Positions 1 to 10,120 are shown, numbered from the stretch's first letter. The stretch is DNA of 64,000 nucleotides from Clostridia bacterium (GCA_017451485.1 JAFTOG010000013.1:527-64526), one strand, 5' to 3'. Notes: a model not told the origin generated them from the sequence alone. Numbers and translations are program-made.

Positions 1-91
1 TAGCAGAGAGGTCATAATCGATAGTCTCAGAGCAGGATGCGAATGACAGCATAATAACAGACAAAAGCAGTAATGCTATGATTTTTTTCAT
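1..91 (-). CDS. lipoprotein, N-terminal fragment only (gene continues off the left edge)
   Basis: Hand translation of the reverse complement from ATG at 91-89 gives MKKIIALLLLSVIMLSFASCSETIDYDLSA: a signal peptide plus lipobox (FASC). Too short for the ORF track. Confidence 0.55.
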   Translation of the reverse strand, partial: MKKIIALLLLSVIMLSFASCSETIDYDLSA

Positions 92-255
92 AAAATTATT
101 CCGTCCTATTTGTAAATTTGTGAAGAAGAGGAATTTGAATTCATAATTCCACACAAGCTTCGTCTTTATTTTATCATTAATTTGTATATTTTCAAGTATT
201 TGTTTTCAAAAAATGTAGAACTTTGTTATTATTTTTATTGGTTTTCGTATTTTCT

Positions 256-288
256 TTGACATTTTTCACATTAGGAAAGAGGTATAAT
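256..288 (+). promoter_or_regulatory. candidate spoIIGA-sigE promoter with over-long spacer
   Basis: TTGACA (256-261) and TATAAT (283-288) are separated by 21 nt instead of 17. The -35 sits inside TTTGACA, one mismatch from the Spo0A box complement TTCGACA. Confidence 0.4.
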
Positions 289-309
289 CAACTAAAAGGA
301 GGGGATTAT

Positions 310-1104
310 TTGGTAGTTTACGCTGATATATTGTTTGCAATAAATTTCAGTATGGATTTTATATCCATGTTTATTACTCAGCTTCTTCTTAACAGGAAAA
401 TAAACAAAAGAAGGATTTTATTATCCTCGGCTTTAGGTGGACTCTATGGAGTGTTTGAGCTGTTAGTATCTGTTAATACGGTTATTGGCATAATAATAAA
501 CCTATCTGTATCTCTTTTAATGTGTTTGATTGCATATTATGAAAGAAGCGTACGGAGATTATTTTCTATGTACATAGTTTATTGGGGTGTAAGCCTGACT
601 CTTGCTACCTTTATGAGTGTCTTTTATTCATTTTTGAATAAAATTTTATCAAAATATATCCTTGATTATTCATATACAAATGTGTATAGTGGAGCAAGAT
701 TTTTTGTTATTACATCATTGTCAATTATATGTGCTGTTATTTTTGGTAAGGCATTTAGTAGAGAGAAAAATATTACTTCAGCATATTTGGAGGTAAAGGT
801 GAATGAAAAAATACATTCTTTAAGTGTATTTTGCGATTCCGGTAATATGCTATCAGATCCATTAAGTGGTAGACCTGTTATTCTTGTTTCAAAGGACGGT
901 CAGCTTGGTAGAGAAATAGATGATATTCCGGATATTTACAAAAAATATATACCTTACAGGGTAACAAATTCCCATGGAGTACTAAAAGGAGTTATTCCTA
1001 AAATATTAAAGATTGACGGTAAAAATACAGACGCAATAATTGCGCCGGTTGAAAACAAAAGCTTTGCGGGATATGAGGGGTGCGTTCCGTATTCGCTTGT
1101 ATAG
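310..1104 (+). CDS. spoIIGA: sigma-E processing aspartic peptidase SpoIIGA
   Basis: Start re-set to TTG 310, with GGAGG at 298-302. The N-terminus [16 protein letters not shown] matches the B. subtilis SpoIIGA start KIYLDVIWLLNFCFD. Membrane N-half, DSGN motif ([12 protein letters not shown]), immediately upstream of sigE. Confidence 0.85.
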   Translation: MVVYADILFAINFSMDFISMFITQLLLNRKINKRRILLSSALGGLYGVFELLVSVNTVIGIIINLSVSLLMCLIAYYERSVRRLFSMYIVYWGVSLTLATFMSVFYSFLNKILSKYILDYSYTNVYSGARFFVITSLSIICAVIFGKAFSREKNITSAYLEVKVNEKIHSLSVFCDSGNMLSDPLSGRPVILVSKDGQLGREIDDIPDIYKKYIPYRVTNSHGVLKGVIPKILKIDGKNTDAIIAPVENKSFAGYEGCVPYSLV

Positions 1105-1111
1105 GGGGGCT

Positions 1112-1813
1112 ATGTTCAAACATATTAAGAAGATTATATTAAAAATATTTTTTGGTATTGGAAATAATGAGCTGTATTATATTAACGGTCCGGAGCTATT
1201 ACCACCACCGCTAAGTGCCGATGAGGAGGCAGTAATTATTTCAGAAATGCAATCAGAGCCTGAAAAGGCAAGTATTCTTATTGAGCATAATTTAAGATTG
1301 GTAGTGTATATAGCAAAAAAATTTGAAAATACCGGAGTAGGTATTGAGGATCTTGTTTCAATAGGTACAATTGGACTCATTAAGGCTATAAATTCATATA
1401 AATCTGATAAGAATATAAAATTAGCTACATACGCTTCACGCTGTATCGAAAACGAGATACTTATGTATATAAGAAAAAGCAGTAACAGGCATGTGGAAAT
1501 ATCTATTGATGAGCCTCTCAATACCGATTGGGACGGAAATGAGCTATTACTATCCGATATATTGGGAACCGAAGAGGATGAGGTATACAGAAACATAGAA
1601 GAGAAGGAAGATAAAAAAATAATTGCAGATGCAGTATCAAAGCTAAATAAGAGAGAGCAAAAGATAGTTAATATGCGTTTTGGATTAAATGGCTATAGAG
1701 AAAAGACTCAAAAAGAGGTTGCGGATGAGCTGGGAATATCACAGTCTTATATCTCAAGATTAGAAAAAAAGATAATGAAAAGACTCAAAAAGGAAATAGA
1801 AACAAAAATTTAA
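1112..1813 (+). CDS. sigE: sporulation sigma factor E (pro-sigma-E)
   Basis: From ATG 1112 the product shows near-colinear similarity to B. subtilis SigE: [14 protein letters not shown] pro-sequence junction, [45 protein letters not shown]. Confidence 0.93.
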   Translation: MFKHIKKIILKIFFGIGNNELYYINGPELLPPPLSADEEAVIISEMQSEPEKASILIEHNLRLVVYIAKKFENTGVGIEDLVSIGTIGLIKAINSYKSDKNIKLATYASRCIENEILMYIRKSSNRHVEISIDEPLNTDWDGNELLLSDILGTEEDEVYRNIEEKEDKKIIADAVSKLNKREQKIVNMRFGLNGYREKTQKEVADELGISQSYISRLEKKIMKRLKKEIETKI

Positions 1814-1832
1814 AAATAATTTGAAAAAATCC

Positions 1833-1862
1833 TTGACTTTTGTATATGATGTGTAGTATAAT
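1833..1862 (+). promoter_or_regulatory. sigma-A type promoter for rpmE
   Basis: TTGACT (1833-1838), 18-nt spacer, TATAAT (1857-1862). Confidence 0.6.
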
Positions 1863-1901
1863 AAGTCGAAAATTATAGTTTAACTAAAAGAGGTGAAAAG
1901 A

Positions 1902-2105
1902 ATGAAGGCAGGAATTCATCCCGAATACAAGGAAGCTACTATCAGATGTGCTTGTGGCAATACTGTTGTAACAAAGTCAACAAAGGGCGATATCTCTGTT
2001 GAAATTTGTGCTAAGTGCCATCCTTTCTTTACAGGTAAGCAGAAATTCGTTGATGCAGGCGGACGAGTTGATAAGTTCAAGAAGCGTCTTAACGGCGGTA
2101 AATAA
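1902..2105 (+). CDS. rpmE: 50S ribosomal protein L31 (Zn-ribbon C+ form)
   Basis: [20 protein letters not shown]...[23 protein letters not shown] lies upstream of ATG 1902. Confidence 0.95.
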   Translation: MKAGIHPEYKEATIRCACGNTVVTKSTKGDISVEICAKCHPFFTGKQKFVDAGGRVDKFKKRLNGGK

Positions 2106-2116
2106 TTTGGTCGATC

Positions 2117-2146
2117 GGGTAAGTAGTCTAACTGCTTACCCTTTTA
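2117..2146 (+). terminator. intrinsic terminator after rpmE
   Basis: GGGTAAGTAG / CTGCTTACCC hairpin followed by TTTT. Confidence 0.7.
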
Positions 2147-2165
2147 ACTTATAAAGGAGAGGTCT

Positions 2166-3422
2166 ATGGAAAATAAGGAAACCAAAGTGATTACTGTGGG
2201 TGTTTATCCACAGGGTGGAGCAGAAGAGTGTGAGAGCTCATTAAAGGAGCTTGAACGACTTGTTGAAACTGCCGGTGGCAAGGTATATGCTACACTGACT
2301 CAGTTAAAAAATACTCCTGAGGCTTCTACTTATATAGGAGAAGGCAAGCTGAAGGAACTTGCTGAGGTTTGTAAAAATAATCAAATTGACATGGTTGTAT
2401 TTGACTGTGAGCTGACTCCGGCACAGATAAAAAATATAGAGAATACAACTGAGGTCGATGTAATAGATAGAAGTATGCTGATACTTGACATTTTTGCCCT
2501 TCACGCAGTCAGTGCGGAAGGCAAGATACAGGTAGAGCTTGCACAGTTAAAATATACAGCTCCAAGGCTAATGGGCAAGGGCAAGGATATGTCAAGGCTT
2601 GGTGGTGGTATAGGTACAAGAGGACCTGGAGAGAGTAAGCTGGAAATTGATAGGCGTCGTCTCGCTTCGAGAATTGCATTTTTAAGACATGAGCTTGAGG
2701 AACTGGAGAAAAACAGACTCCTCACAAGGACACAGAGAGATAAAAGCGGTATTGTCAAGGCTTGTATAGCAGGATATACAAATGCAGGAAAATCAACCCT
2801 TCTTAACCTTCTAACAGGTGCAGGAATATTGGTAGAGGATAAGCTTTTTGCAACTCTTGACCCCACAACAAGAAAATTCGAGCTTCCAAGTGGAATAAAA
2901 ATGCTGATTACAGATACGGTAGGATTTATTAAAAAGCTTCCTCATCATCTTGTTCATGCATTCAAATCCACATTGGAGGAAACAGTATATTGTGATTTTT
3001 TAATTATTGTTGTCGACGCTTCGGATGATGAATGTATAGAGCATATGGCAGTTACCGATTCCATTCTTGAGTCCCTGGGAGCAAATAATAAGCCGAAGCT
3101 TTATGTATTTAATAAAGCTGATTTATCAACAAATGAAAGACTTTACGACCTTCGCTTGATTAAGGGAAGAGAATCGAGAGTAGTTACATTATGTGCTAAG
3201 AGTGGAGAAGGACTTGATGAGCTCACAGAACAGTTGGAGCAGTTATGCAGAAACGGCAAAACAAACGAGGTGTTTTTGTTCCCTTATGCCGAGCAGGGGC
3301 AGATGAATATACTGTATAAAAGCTCTGAGATAAAGAGCACAAAATATGTGGAAGAAGGAGTATTGGTAGAGGCGTGCGTGGACGAAAAGACAAAGGGCAT
3401 TTTAAGGAAATACCTAAAATAA
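2166..3422 (+). CDS. hflX: GTPase HflX
   Basis: HflX N-domain plus G motifs GYTNAGKST, DTVGF, NKAD. 418 aa. Confidence 0.9.
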   Translation: MENKETKVITVGVYPQGGAEECESSLKELERLVETAGGKVYATLTQLKNTPEASTYIGEGKLKELAEVCKNNQIDMVVFDCELTPAQIKNIENTTEVDVIDRSMLILDIFALHAVSAEGKIQVELAQLKYTAPRLMGKGKDMSRLGGGIGTRGPGESKLEIDRRRLASRIAFLRHELEELEKNRLLTRTQRDKSGIVKACIAGYTNAGKSTLLNLLTGAGILVEDKLFATLDPTTRKFELPSGIKMLITDTVGFIKKLPHHLVHAFKSTLEETVYCDFLIIVVDASDDECIEHMAVTDSILESLGANNKPKLYVFNKADLSTNERLYDLRLIKGRESRVVTLCAKSGEGLDELTEQLEQLCRNGKTNEVFLFPYAEQGQMNILYKSSEIKSTKYVEEGVLVEACVDEKTKGILRKYLK

Positions 3423-3454
3423 TTTTTGCAAACGCCTAAAACCTCAAAACCCTT

Positions 3455-4081
3455 ATGAATATTGGAAAAATCAAAAGATTAAAGCACTCTGCCGAGATAG
3501 AATTTACCGAGAAAAAATCACTTTTTATCGGATATTCTGCAATTGTAAAAAATGAAGAAGAGGCACTTCAAATAATTAAAGAACGGAAGAAAAAGTTTTC
3601 CGATGCAACTCACAATGTTTATGCATATATGATTGGTGACGGAACAGTGGCAAGATATTCCGATGATGGAGAACCACAGGGGACCTCGGGTATGCCAACG
3701 CTAAATTCGATACGAATGTCCGGTATTACTGATGTGTGTGTGGTAATTACCCGTTACTTTGGTGGCATTCTTCTCGGTGCGGGTGGTCTTGTACGGGCTT
3801 ATTCCACAGCGGCGTCAATGGCACTTGAAGCAGGAGAAATTGCTGTTTTTGAAAAATTCCTTGAGTATAAAATTGTATGTTCGTATTCCGAATACAATAA
3901 GCTCCAAACTATCTTGTCTTCGTATAATGTTATTATAGACGGAACCGAATTCAACTCTGATATTACCGTTTTATTTGCTGTTCCGGAGGATATTAGTGAG
4001 AAATTGAAATTAAATATTACAGAAATCTTTGCCGCTAAGCTTGTTATTGAGCCTATTGGAGAAAGATTCGACACAAAATGA
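3455..4081 (+). CDS. yigZ: YigZ / IMPACT-family (UPF0029) protein
   Basis: About 208 aa with SKFIGY-like FIGYSA, ATHNVYAY, DDGEPQGTSG and GGILLGAGGLVRAY motifs typical of YigZ. Confidence 0.75.
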   Translation: MNIGKIKRLKHSAEIEFTEKKSLFIGYSAIVKNEEEALQIIKERKKKFSDATHNVYAYMIGDGTVARYSDDGEPQGTSGMPTLNSIRMSGITDVCVVITRYFGGILLGAGGLVRAYSTAASMALEAGEIAVFEKFLEYKIVCSYSEYNKLQTILSSYNVIIDGTEFNSDITVLFAVPEDISEKLKLNITEIFAAKLVIEPIGERFDTK

Positions 4082-4109
4082 GTACAAAAAAGTATTTTGT
4101 ACTCTTTTT
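4081..4109 (+). terminator. intrinsic terminator after yigZ
   Basis: AGTACAAAA / TTTTGTACT hairpin followed by CTTTTT. Confidence 0.65.
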
Positions 4110-4156
4110 GCGTATTTTATTATATAATATAAATTTCATATGCAATCGAAGGGGGA

Positions 4157-5170
4157 ATGAATGTGAATGCCAATCAAATATTTCTTGAGAGAGAAAAAAC
4201 CTTTTTATCTCCTTATGCATTTTTAACATCTGATACCAAAGGAAGAAACGTTGAAATTCCACCTTGCCCTAATCGTACGGATTTTCAAAGAGATAGAGAC
4301 AGAATATTGCACTGTAAATCCTTTAGACGCCTTATGCATAAAACACAGGTTTTCTTTTCACCGGAGGATGAGCATTTTAGAACAAGAATGACACATACTC
4401 TTGAGGTGACACAGATTGCCAGAATAATTGCCAGGGCACTCAGACTTAATGAGGATTTATGCGAGGCTGCTGCTCTCGGTCATGATCTTGGACATACTCC
4501 CTTTGGACATTCCGGCGAATATGCTATGCAAAAGTTCTATTCTTCCGATTTTGCCCACTATAAACAGAGTTTAAGAGTAGTGGAGCTCCTTGAAAATAAC
4601 GGAGAAGGACTTAATCTTACTTGGGAAGTAAGGGATGCTATTCTGAATCATACCGGCTCAAATGAGGCATCTACCCTTGAAGGCAAGGTGATTAAGCTGG
4701 CTGATAGGATAGCATACATAAACCATGATATTGATGATGCAGTAAGAGCAGGAGTTCTTACCATTGATGATATACCTAAGGATATTATCTCGGTTCTCGG
4801 AAGAGGACATAGCGAAAGAATAAATACAATGGTAAGATCAGTCATCGACGAGAGCATTAACAAGCCATATGTAAAGATGAGTGATGAAATTTCAGAGGCA
4901 ACTCTATCTCTTCGTGCTTTCCTTTTTGATAATGTTTATCATAACAAGATTGTAAAGGCAGAAGAGGATAAGGCAATAGAGATGCTACGAATACTTTTTG
5001 ATTATTTTGTAAAATCACCCAATAAGCTTCCACCCTTGTTTAGGCAAATTTGTGAAACAGAGGGTGCAGAGAGAAGTGTTTGTGATTATATTTCAAGTAT
5101 GACGGATAGATATGCGATAAAAACCTTCAGAGAGCTTTATGTTCCGGATATCTGGGGAGGTAAATCATGA
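4157..5170 (+). CDS. dGTP triphosphohydrolase-like HD-domain protein
   Basis: FQRDRDRILHCKSFRRL, THTLEV, GHDLGHTPFGH (HD motif). Conserved position upstream of dnaG. GTG 4163 is an alternative start. Confidence 0.85.
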   Translation: MNVNANQIFLEREKTFLSPYAFLTSDTKGRNVEIPPCPNRTDFQRDRDRILHCKSFRRLMHKTQVFFSPEDEHFRTRMTHTLEVTQIARIIARALRLNEDLCEAAALGHDLGHTPFGHSGEYAMQKFYSSDFAHYKQSLRVVELLENNGEGLNLTWEVRDAILNHTGSNEASTLEGKVIKLADRIAYINHDIDDAVRAGVLTIDDIPKDIISVLGRGHSERINTMVRSVIDESINKPYVKMSDEISEATLSLRAFLFDNVYHNKIVKAEEDKAIEMLRILFDYFVKSPNKLPPLFRQICETEGAERSVCDYISSMTDRYAIKTFRELYVPDIWGGKS

Positions 5171-6909
5171 TTCCCTTGAATATAATAGAGGATATCAAGT
5201 TCAGGAACGAGATTGAGCAAGTCATATCACAGTATGTGGTTCTCAAAAGAGCCGGATCAAATTACAGCGGGTTATGTCCGTTTCACAGTGAAAAAACACC
5301 GTCATTTGTTGTGTTCCCAGGTACACAGTCATTTTATTGCTTTGGCTGTGGTGCAGGAGGTGATGTTGTAAGCTTTACCATGAGAATGGAGAATCTTGAT
5401 TATATGTCTGCAATTAAGGTTCTTGCCAAAAGATCAGGTATAACCATTCCTGAGGATGCCCAGACAGACAGAGTTAACGGTGTATCAAGGCAAAGAGTTC
5501 TTGATATGAATAAAGAAGCTGCAAAGTTTTTCAGAAATGCTTTCTTTGATGACAAACAGTGGGCAGCTGCCAGAGACTACATATTTAATAAAAGAAAACT
5601 TTCAATGGCTACCGTGAAGCATTTTGGAATCGGATTTGCACCGAATAGCTATGGTGCTCTTCATGACCATTTAAAAAAACTTGGCTACAGCGATAATGAA
5701 ATGGTTGAGGGATTCCTATGCTCCAGAGGAAAAAATAATTCTGTATATGACCTTTTCAGAAACAGAGTAATTTTTCCTATTATAGATGTATCCGGAAATG
5801 TTGTTGCTTTTGGTGGAAGAGTTATGGATAATTCAGAGCCTAAATATCTTAACACCTCTGACACTCCTGCCTTCAAAAAAAGCAAAAACCTTTTTGCATT
5901 GAATTATGCTAAGAATAAATGCGAAAAGATGCTTATTCTATGCGAGGGATATATGGATGTAATTGCACTCCATGCAGCAGGCTTCGAAAATGCTGTTGCA
6001 ACTCTTGGTACTGCCATAACATCCGAGCAGGCAAGGATCTTTTCAAGATATACAAAAAAAGTTGTTATTTCTTACGACAGTGACAAACCGGGGCAAAGAG
6101 CTGCAGATAAGGCGTTCAAGCTCTTACAAGAGGTAGGAATCGATGTCAAGATTCTCAATATGTCGGGAGCAAAGGACCCTGACGAGTATATACAGCGATT
6201 TGGAGCAAATAAATTTTCTCAGCTTCTTGATGAATCAAAGACAAGGATAGAATTTGAACTGGACAAGCTGCTTCTTCAATATGATGTAAACAATGTTGAG
6301 GATAAGGTAAAGATATCTGCGTTGATTTGTAATGTCATTGCTACTTATCATTCAAATGTAGAAAGAGAGTTATACTGTAAATACATATCGGACAAGTTGG
6401 ATATTCCTTTGGAGAGTCTTAAGCGTGATGTTGCATATGCATTGAAAAAGGGGATAAGGGAGGAAAAATCTACTCAAATGAGTGAGATTTACCGTGCATC
6501 AAGTGGTAGTTCTGATAAAATAAATCCGGAAAGCTCATCAAATATGAAAGCAAGTAAAGTTGAGGAGGCTATATTAGGAATGATGCAGCTCCATGAGGAG
6601 CATCTTAAGAAATGTGTAGATACGCTTTCGCCCGATGATTTTGTTACTTCTTTTAATAAACGGGTATTTACAAAGATACTATCAGCTTACATCACTAATG
6701 GGAAATTTGATTTAGCGTTTATTGAAGAGTACTTTAACATAAACGAAATATCACGGATAACAAAGATGGTTGTAGACCGTCAAAAACTTGATTCTAATGG
6801 AACCGAAATTTTAGATGCATATATTCAATCCTTAAAGGCAGAGAAAAATAAGGAGGATGCAGAAACAAATTTTGGCTCATTGGAGAATTTATTCAAAAAT
6901 AAAAAGTGA
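5167..6909 (+). CDS. dnaG: DNA primase
   Basis: Zn finger CPFHSEKTPSF...CFGCGAGGD, TOPRIM EGYMDVIAL. ATGA overlap with the upstream gene. Confidence 0.93.
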   Translation: MIPLNIIEDIKFRNEIEQVISQYVVLKRAGSNYSGLCPFHSEKTPSFVVFPGTQSFYCFGCGAGGDVVSFTMRMENLDYMSAIKVLAKRSGITIPEDAQTDRVNGVSRQRVLDMNKEAAKFFRNAFFDDKQWAAARDYIFNKRKLSMATVKHFGIGFAPNSYGALHDHLKKLGYSDNEMVEGFLCSRGKNNSVYDLFRNRVIFPIIDVSGNVVAFGGRVMDNSEPKYLNTSDTPAFKKSKNLFALNYAKNKCEKMLILCEGYMDVIALHAAGFENAVATLGTAITSEQARIFSRYTKKVVISYDSDKPGQRAADKAFKLLQEVGIDVKILNMSGAKDPDEYIQRFGANKFSQLLDESKTRIEFELDKLLLQYDVNNVEDKVKISALICNVIATYHSNVERELYCKYISDKLDIPLESLKRDVAYALKKGIREEKSTQMSEIYRASSGSSDKINPESSSNMKASKVEEAILGMMQLHEEHLKKCVDTLSPDDFVTSFNKRVFTKILSAYITNGKFDLAFIEEYFNINEISRITKMVVDRQKLDSNGTEILDAYIQSLKAEKNKEDAETNFGSLENLFKNKK

Positions 6910-6929
6910 AATAAGAGGGGTAAAATAAA

Positions 6930-8018
6930 ATGAATTCTCAAAATAATTATGATATAAACGAGCTTATTGAAAATTCCAAGGGAAAAAATATGTCTGATGA
7001 TGAAACGGAAATCAATGATTTGGACAAGTTCGAAGATTTTTATAGCAATGATAATCTTGATGAGATTTATGAATCTATAAAAAGCACCAAAAACGCTGAG
7101 GATATGGACAGCGATGATGTAGATGACCTGGAAAAAGAGCTGAAGGATATCATCAGCTCCGAGGATATCGAAAAGATGCAGGAGGGGCTTTCTATTGATG
7201 ACCCTGTAAGAATGTATCTTAAGGATATTGGCAGAGTACCTCTTCTTCTTGTAGAGGAGGAACAGATTCTTGCTCAAAGAATGATGGATGGAGACGAGAA
7301 AGCAAAGAAAAAAATTGTTGAAGCAAACCTTCGTCTTGTTGTAAGTATAGCCAAAAAGCATCTTAATAAGGGAATGGCATTTCTTGACCTTATTCAAGAG
7401 GGCAACCTTGGACTTATGAGAGCAGTTGAGAAATTCGACTGTTCCAAGGGCTTCAAATTTTCAACCTATGCAACATGGTGGATTAGACAGGCTATTACAA
7501 GAGCTATTGCAGATCAGGCAAGAACAGTAAGAATACCTGTACATATGGTTGAAACCATTCACAAGGTATCGAGGATATCCAGACAGCTTCTTCAAGAGTA
7601 TGGAAGAGAGCCTACCCCTGAGGAAATTGCAGAAAAGTTGGATATGACACCTGAGAAGGTAAGAGATACAATGAAATATGCCCTTGAGCCTGTTTCCCTT
7701 GAAACACCTATCGGTGAAGAAGAGGATAGCCATCTTGGTGATTTTATACCGGATGAGGATTCACCTGCTCCTGCCGAGGCTGCCTCTTACACACTTCTAA
7801 AAGAGCAAATTAACGAGGTACTCCATACTCTTACACCCAGAGAAGAACAGGTGTTAAAGCTTCGTTTCGGTCTTGAGGATGGAAGAACAAGAACACTTGA
7901 AGAGGTTGGCAAAGAGTTTGATATTACAAGAGAAAGAATACGCCAAATTGAGGCAAAAGCACTCAGAAAGCTCCGTCATCCAAGCCGTTCTAAGCGTCTT
8001 AAGGATTATTTAGACTAA
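6930..8018 (+). CDS. sigA: primary sigma factor (sigma-70 / SigA)
   Basis: [40 protein letters not shown]-like segment, [22 protein letters not shown]. Confidence 0.95.
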   Translation: MNSQNNYDINELIENSKGKNMSDDETEINDLDKFEDFYSNDNLDEIYESIKSTKNAEDMDSDDVDDLEKELKDIISSEDIEKMQEGLSIDDPVRMYLKDIGRVPLLLVEEEQILAQRMMDGDEKAKKKIVEANLRLVVSIAKKHLNKGMAFLDLIQEGNLGLMRAVEKFDCSKGFKFSTYATWWIRQAITRAIADQARTVRIPVHMVETIHKVSRISRQLLQEYGREPTPEEIAEKLDMTPEKVRDTMKYALEPVSLETPIGEEEDSHLGDFIPDEDSPAPAEAASYTLLKEQINEVLHTLTPREEQVLKLRFGLEDGRTRTLEEVGKEFDITRERIRQIEAKALRKLRHPSRSKRLKDYLD

Positions 8019-8067
8019 TAAAATTGCTGTACAAGTGTTAAAATTTGTAAATGATGCATAAAACAAC

Positions 8068-8096
8068 TTGACAAAAACACTTTCTTATTGTATAAT
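8068..8096 (+). promoter_or_regulatory. consensus sigma-A promoter for the orphan lipoprotein gene
   Basis: TTGACA (8068-8073), exactly 17 nt, TATAAT (8091-8096). Confidence 0.7.
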
Positions 8097-8131
8097 TATA
8101 CTTGTATAAGAATTTGGAGGATTTCATCGAA

Positions 8132-9847
8132 ATGAAAAAAAGATTATTATGTTTTGCACTTGCAATATTGATGTTGTGCTCAGTTTTCCTTACATCATGC
8201 TCAGATAACAGAACTGATGAGCAGATTATTAAGGACATTGTTGGAAATACAGCGAAGGTACCTCTAACCTTCAATATCATGATTCCTACTGATGCTAATC
8301 CCAGTTCACCTGAGTTCCAGGAGAGACTTGCCGCAGTTGAAGAGGCGATTAATGTTAGACTTCGCAGAGAAATGTGTGCTCAGATTAAAATCATTGCGGT
8401 AAATGACGGAGAATATGATACAGTTCTTGCCAACAAAATGAATGAATTGAAGAGCAAGGAGAGTAATGAAGGTTATAGAAAACCCAGTTCTCTTGTAGGT
8501 GACAAGAATTATCCCGAATATCAGACAACAGCCGGAAGAGTAGAAAATGGTACTATCCAGCTTATTTATCCCAGTGTTCGTGATACACAGCTTGATATTA
8601 TACTTATCAGAAGCAAAGAAGATTATGTTAAGTATTATAGCAAGGGTCAGCTTTCTTCTTGGAAGACCGATTTGACTACATCAAACTACAATCAAATTAA
8701 CAAGACTATCAGATCAGAGGTTCTTGATGCTCTTAAGGTAAAGACAGGTAATTCATACGAAATTTACGGTATTCCCAACAACCATCTTTACTCCAATGGC
8801 GAATATAAGTATATGCTTATTAACAAATCCGTTGCAAGCTTTGTTCCTAATTTTGACATCAACTCTCTTACAAATGATAATGGTGATGTTAATTATGCAG
8901 AGCTTGAAAAATTTATAAATAGTGTAACTACGGTTTCTAATACAATTCCTTTCTCAGCTACATTGGATGATGCACCTATGACATACTGGGGCAACGATGA
9001 TGATTTCTCACTTGTTGGTTCCGGACTTAACGGTGGTGCTCCCACAGATGTTCTCGGTAACGCAGATTATGTTACATTTATGAAGCTTTACAAGACATAT
9101 GGTGAGGCTTCTGTAGATAGCGGTAAGAAGATAGCAGTTTCTTATGTTGATTGTGACTACACCGAAATCAAGGATTACGAGAATGATTATTATGTTATCA
9201 ATACTAAAGTTCCCGTATTATCAGAAGAAGAGATATTTGATTCCGTTTTTGCAGTAACCGATTATTCTATTGAGTACAGCAGAGCAAAGGATATTGTATA
9301 TAATCTTCAGACAGATGCTGAGATTCGTACACTTTTGCAGTACGGTATCAAGGGCGATGATTACGAGATTAATGACGACGGTGTTCTTGAAATGATCAAG
9401 GATAATCAGGGCAAATATGCATACAAGATGAATTCTCTTTATACCGGTAATGGATATCTTACATATGTTGATGAGGGTGTATCCATGGATTATTGGAATG
9501 ATGTTAAAAAAGTAAATTACGATTCCATTACAGATCCTTATGCTGGTTTTGATGCATATTATAATAAGTTATCTAAAAAGGGTGAATACAATACAAAGAT
9601 TTCTGCACTTAACACATTAAATGATACAGTTTATGATACTATTGATGATATGACTGCAGAAGAATTTGCAACCTTTGCTGCAGAATGGAACAATGCTGAT
9701 ACAACAGATGAAGAAGTATTGACAATCAAAAATTCCGCTGCATATAAAGAGGCTATGGAGGTGTATACAACAGTTTATACATCCTATACGACTGCAAAGG
9801 CACTTCCAGAGGATGAGCCCGTAGAACCCGGTGAACCTACAGAATAA
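8132..9847 (+). CDS. large secreted lipoprotein of unknown function (possibly a distant solute-binding-protein fold)
   Basis: Start re-set to ATG 8132 with GGAGG upstream. MKKRLLCFALAILMLCSVFLTSCSDN gives a signal peptide plus lipobox. 571 aa, D/N/Y-rich, acidic Pro-rich tail. No adjacent permease genes. Confidence 0.7.
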   Translation: MKKRLLCFALAILMLCSVFLTSCSDNRTDEQIIKDIVGNTAKVPLTFNIMIPTDANPSSPEFQERLAAVEEAINVRLRREMCAQIKIIAVNDGEYDTVLANKMNELKSKESNEGYRKPSSLVGDKNYPEYQTTAGRVENGTIQLIYPSVRDTQLDIILIRSKEDYVKYYSKGQLSSWKTDLTTSNYNQINKTIRSEVLDALKVKTGNSYEIYGIPNNHLYSNGEYKYMLINKSVASFVPNFDINSLTNDNGDVNYAELEKFINSVTTVSNTIPFSATLDDAPMTYWGNDDDFSLVGSGLNGGAPTDVLGNADYVTFMKLYKTYGEASVDSGKKIAVSYVDCDYTEIKDYENDYYVINTKVPVLSEEEIFDSVFAVTDYSIEYSRAKDIVYNLQTDAEIRTLLQYGIKGDDYEINDDGVLEMIKDNQGKYAYKMNSLYTGNGYLTYVDEGVSMDYWNDVKKVNYDSITDPYAGFDAYYNKLSKKGEYNTKISALNTLNDTVYDTIDDMTAEEFATFAAEWNNADTTDEEVLTIKNSAAYKEAMEVYTTVYTSYTTAKALPEDEPVEPGEPTE

Positions 9848-9855
9848 AAAAATTT

Positions 9856-9885
9856 AACCGCGGAATTTTCCGCGGTTTTCTTTTA
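9856..9885 (+). terminator. intrinsic terminator after the lipoprotein gene
   Basis: AACCGCGGAA / TTCCGCGGTT hairpin followed by a T-run. Confidence 0.75.
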
Positions 9886-9964
9886 TATTATTAAATGAAG
9901 GGAAAATACTTCGTTTTGTTAAAAAACAAATTGTAAATTTTTTGTTAACAGGCGAAATATCATA

Positions 9965-9994
9965 TTGCAATGTAAATATTATATGTGTTATAAT
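9965..9994 (+). promoter_or_regulatory. sigma-A type promoter for rpsB-tsf
   Basis: TTGCAA (9965-9970), 18-nt spacer, TGT-TATAAT extended -10 (9986-9994). Confidence 0.6.
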
Positions 9995-10000
9995 GCATTG

Positions 10001-10120
10001 CGTGTGTATGAGAGCACACAAAAAATAAAACACACATCCGTGCTGTGATGCGTTTTCGGTGCTGATTTTCGGTAGGAACGAAAAGTACGGATGGCGGAAA
10101 AACCAAAGGAGGACATTATA
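10001..10120 (+). promoter_or_regulatory. structured 5' leader of rpsB
   Basis: 9-bp long-range stem AUCCGUGCU (10036-10044) / AGUACGGAU (10084-10092) encloses a UUUCG/CGAAA hairpin. An upstream GUGUGU can pair with either of two CACAC(A) tracts. Confidence 0.4.

Noticed and set aside
223-309. Upstream extension of spoIIGA (track start 223); likewise sigE (track start 1040, upstream extension 1040-1111)
   Set aside because: Alignment to the B. subtilis SpoIIGA and pro-SigE N-termini, together with the SD positions, supports TTG 310 and ATG 1112. The extension of spoIIGA would cover the candidate promoter.
6825-7397. 190-aa minus-strand ORF across the dnaG/sigA junction
   Set aside because: It is antisense to the sigA N-terminal acidic region, gives an AT-rich low-complexity translation and has no SD.
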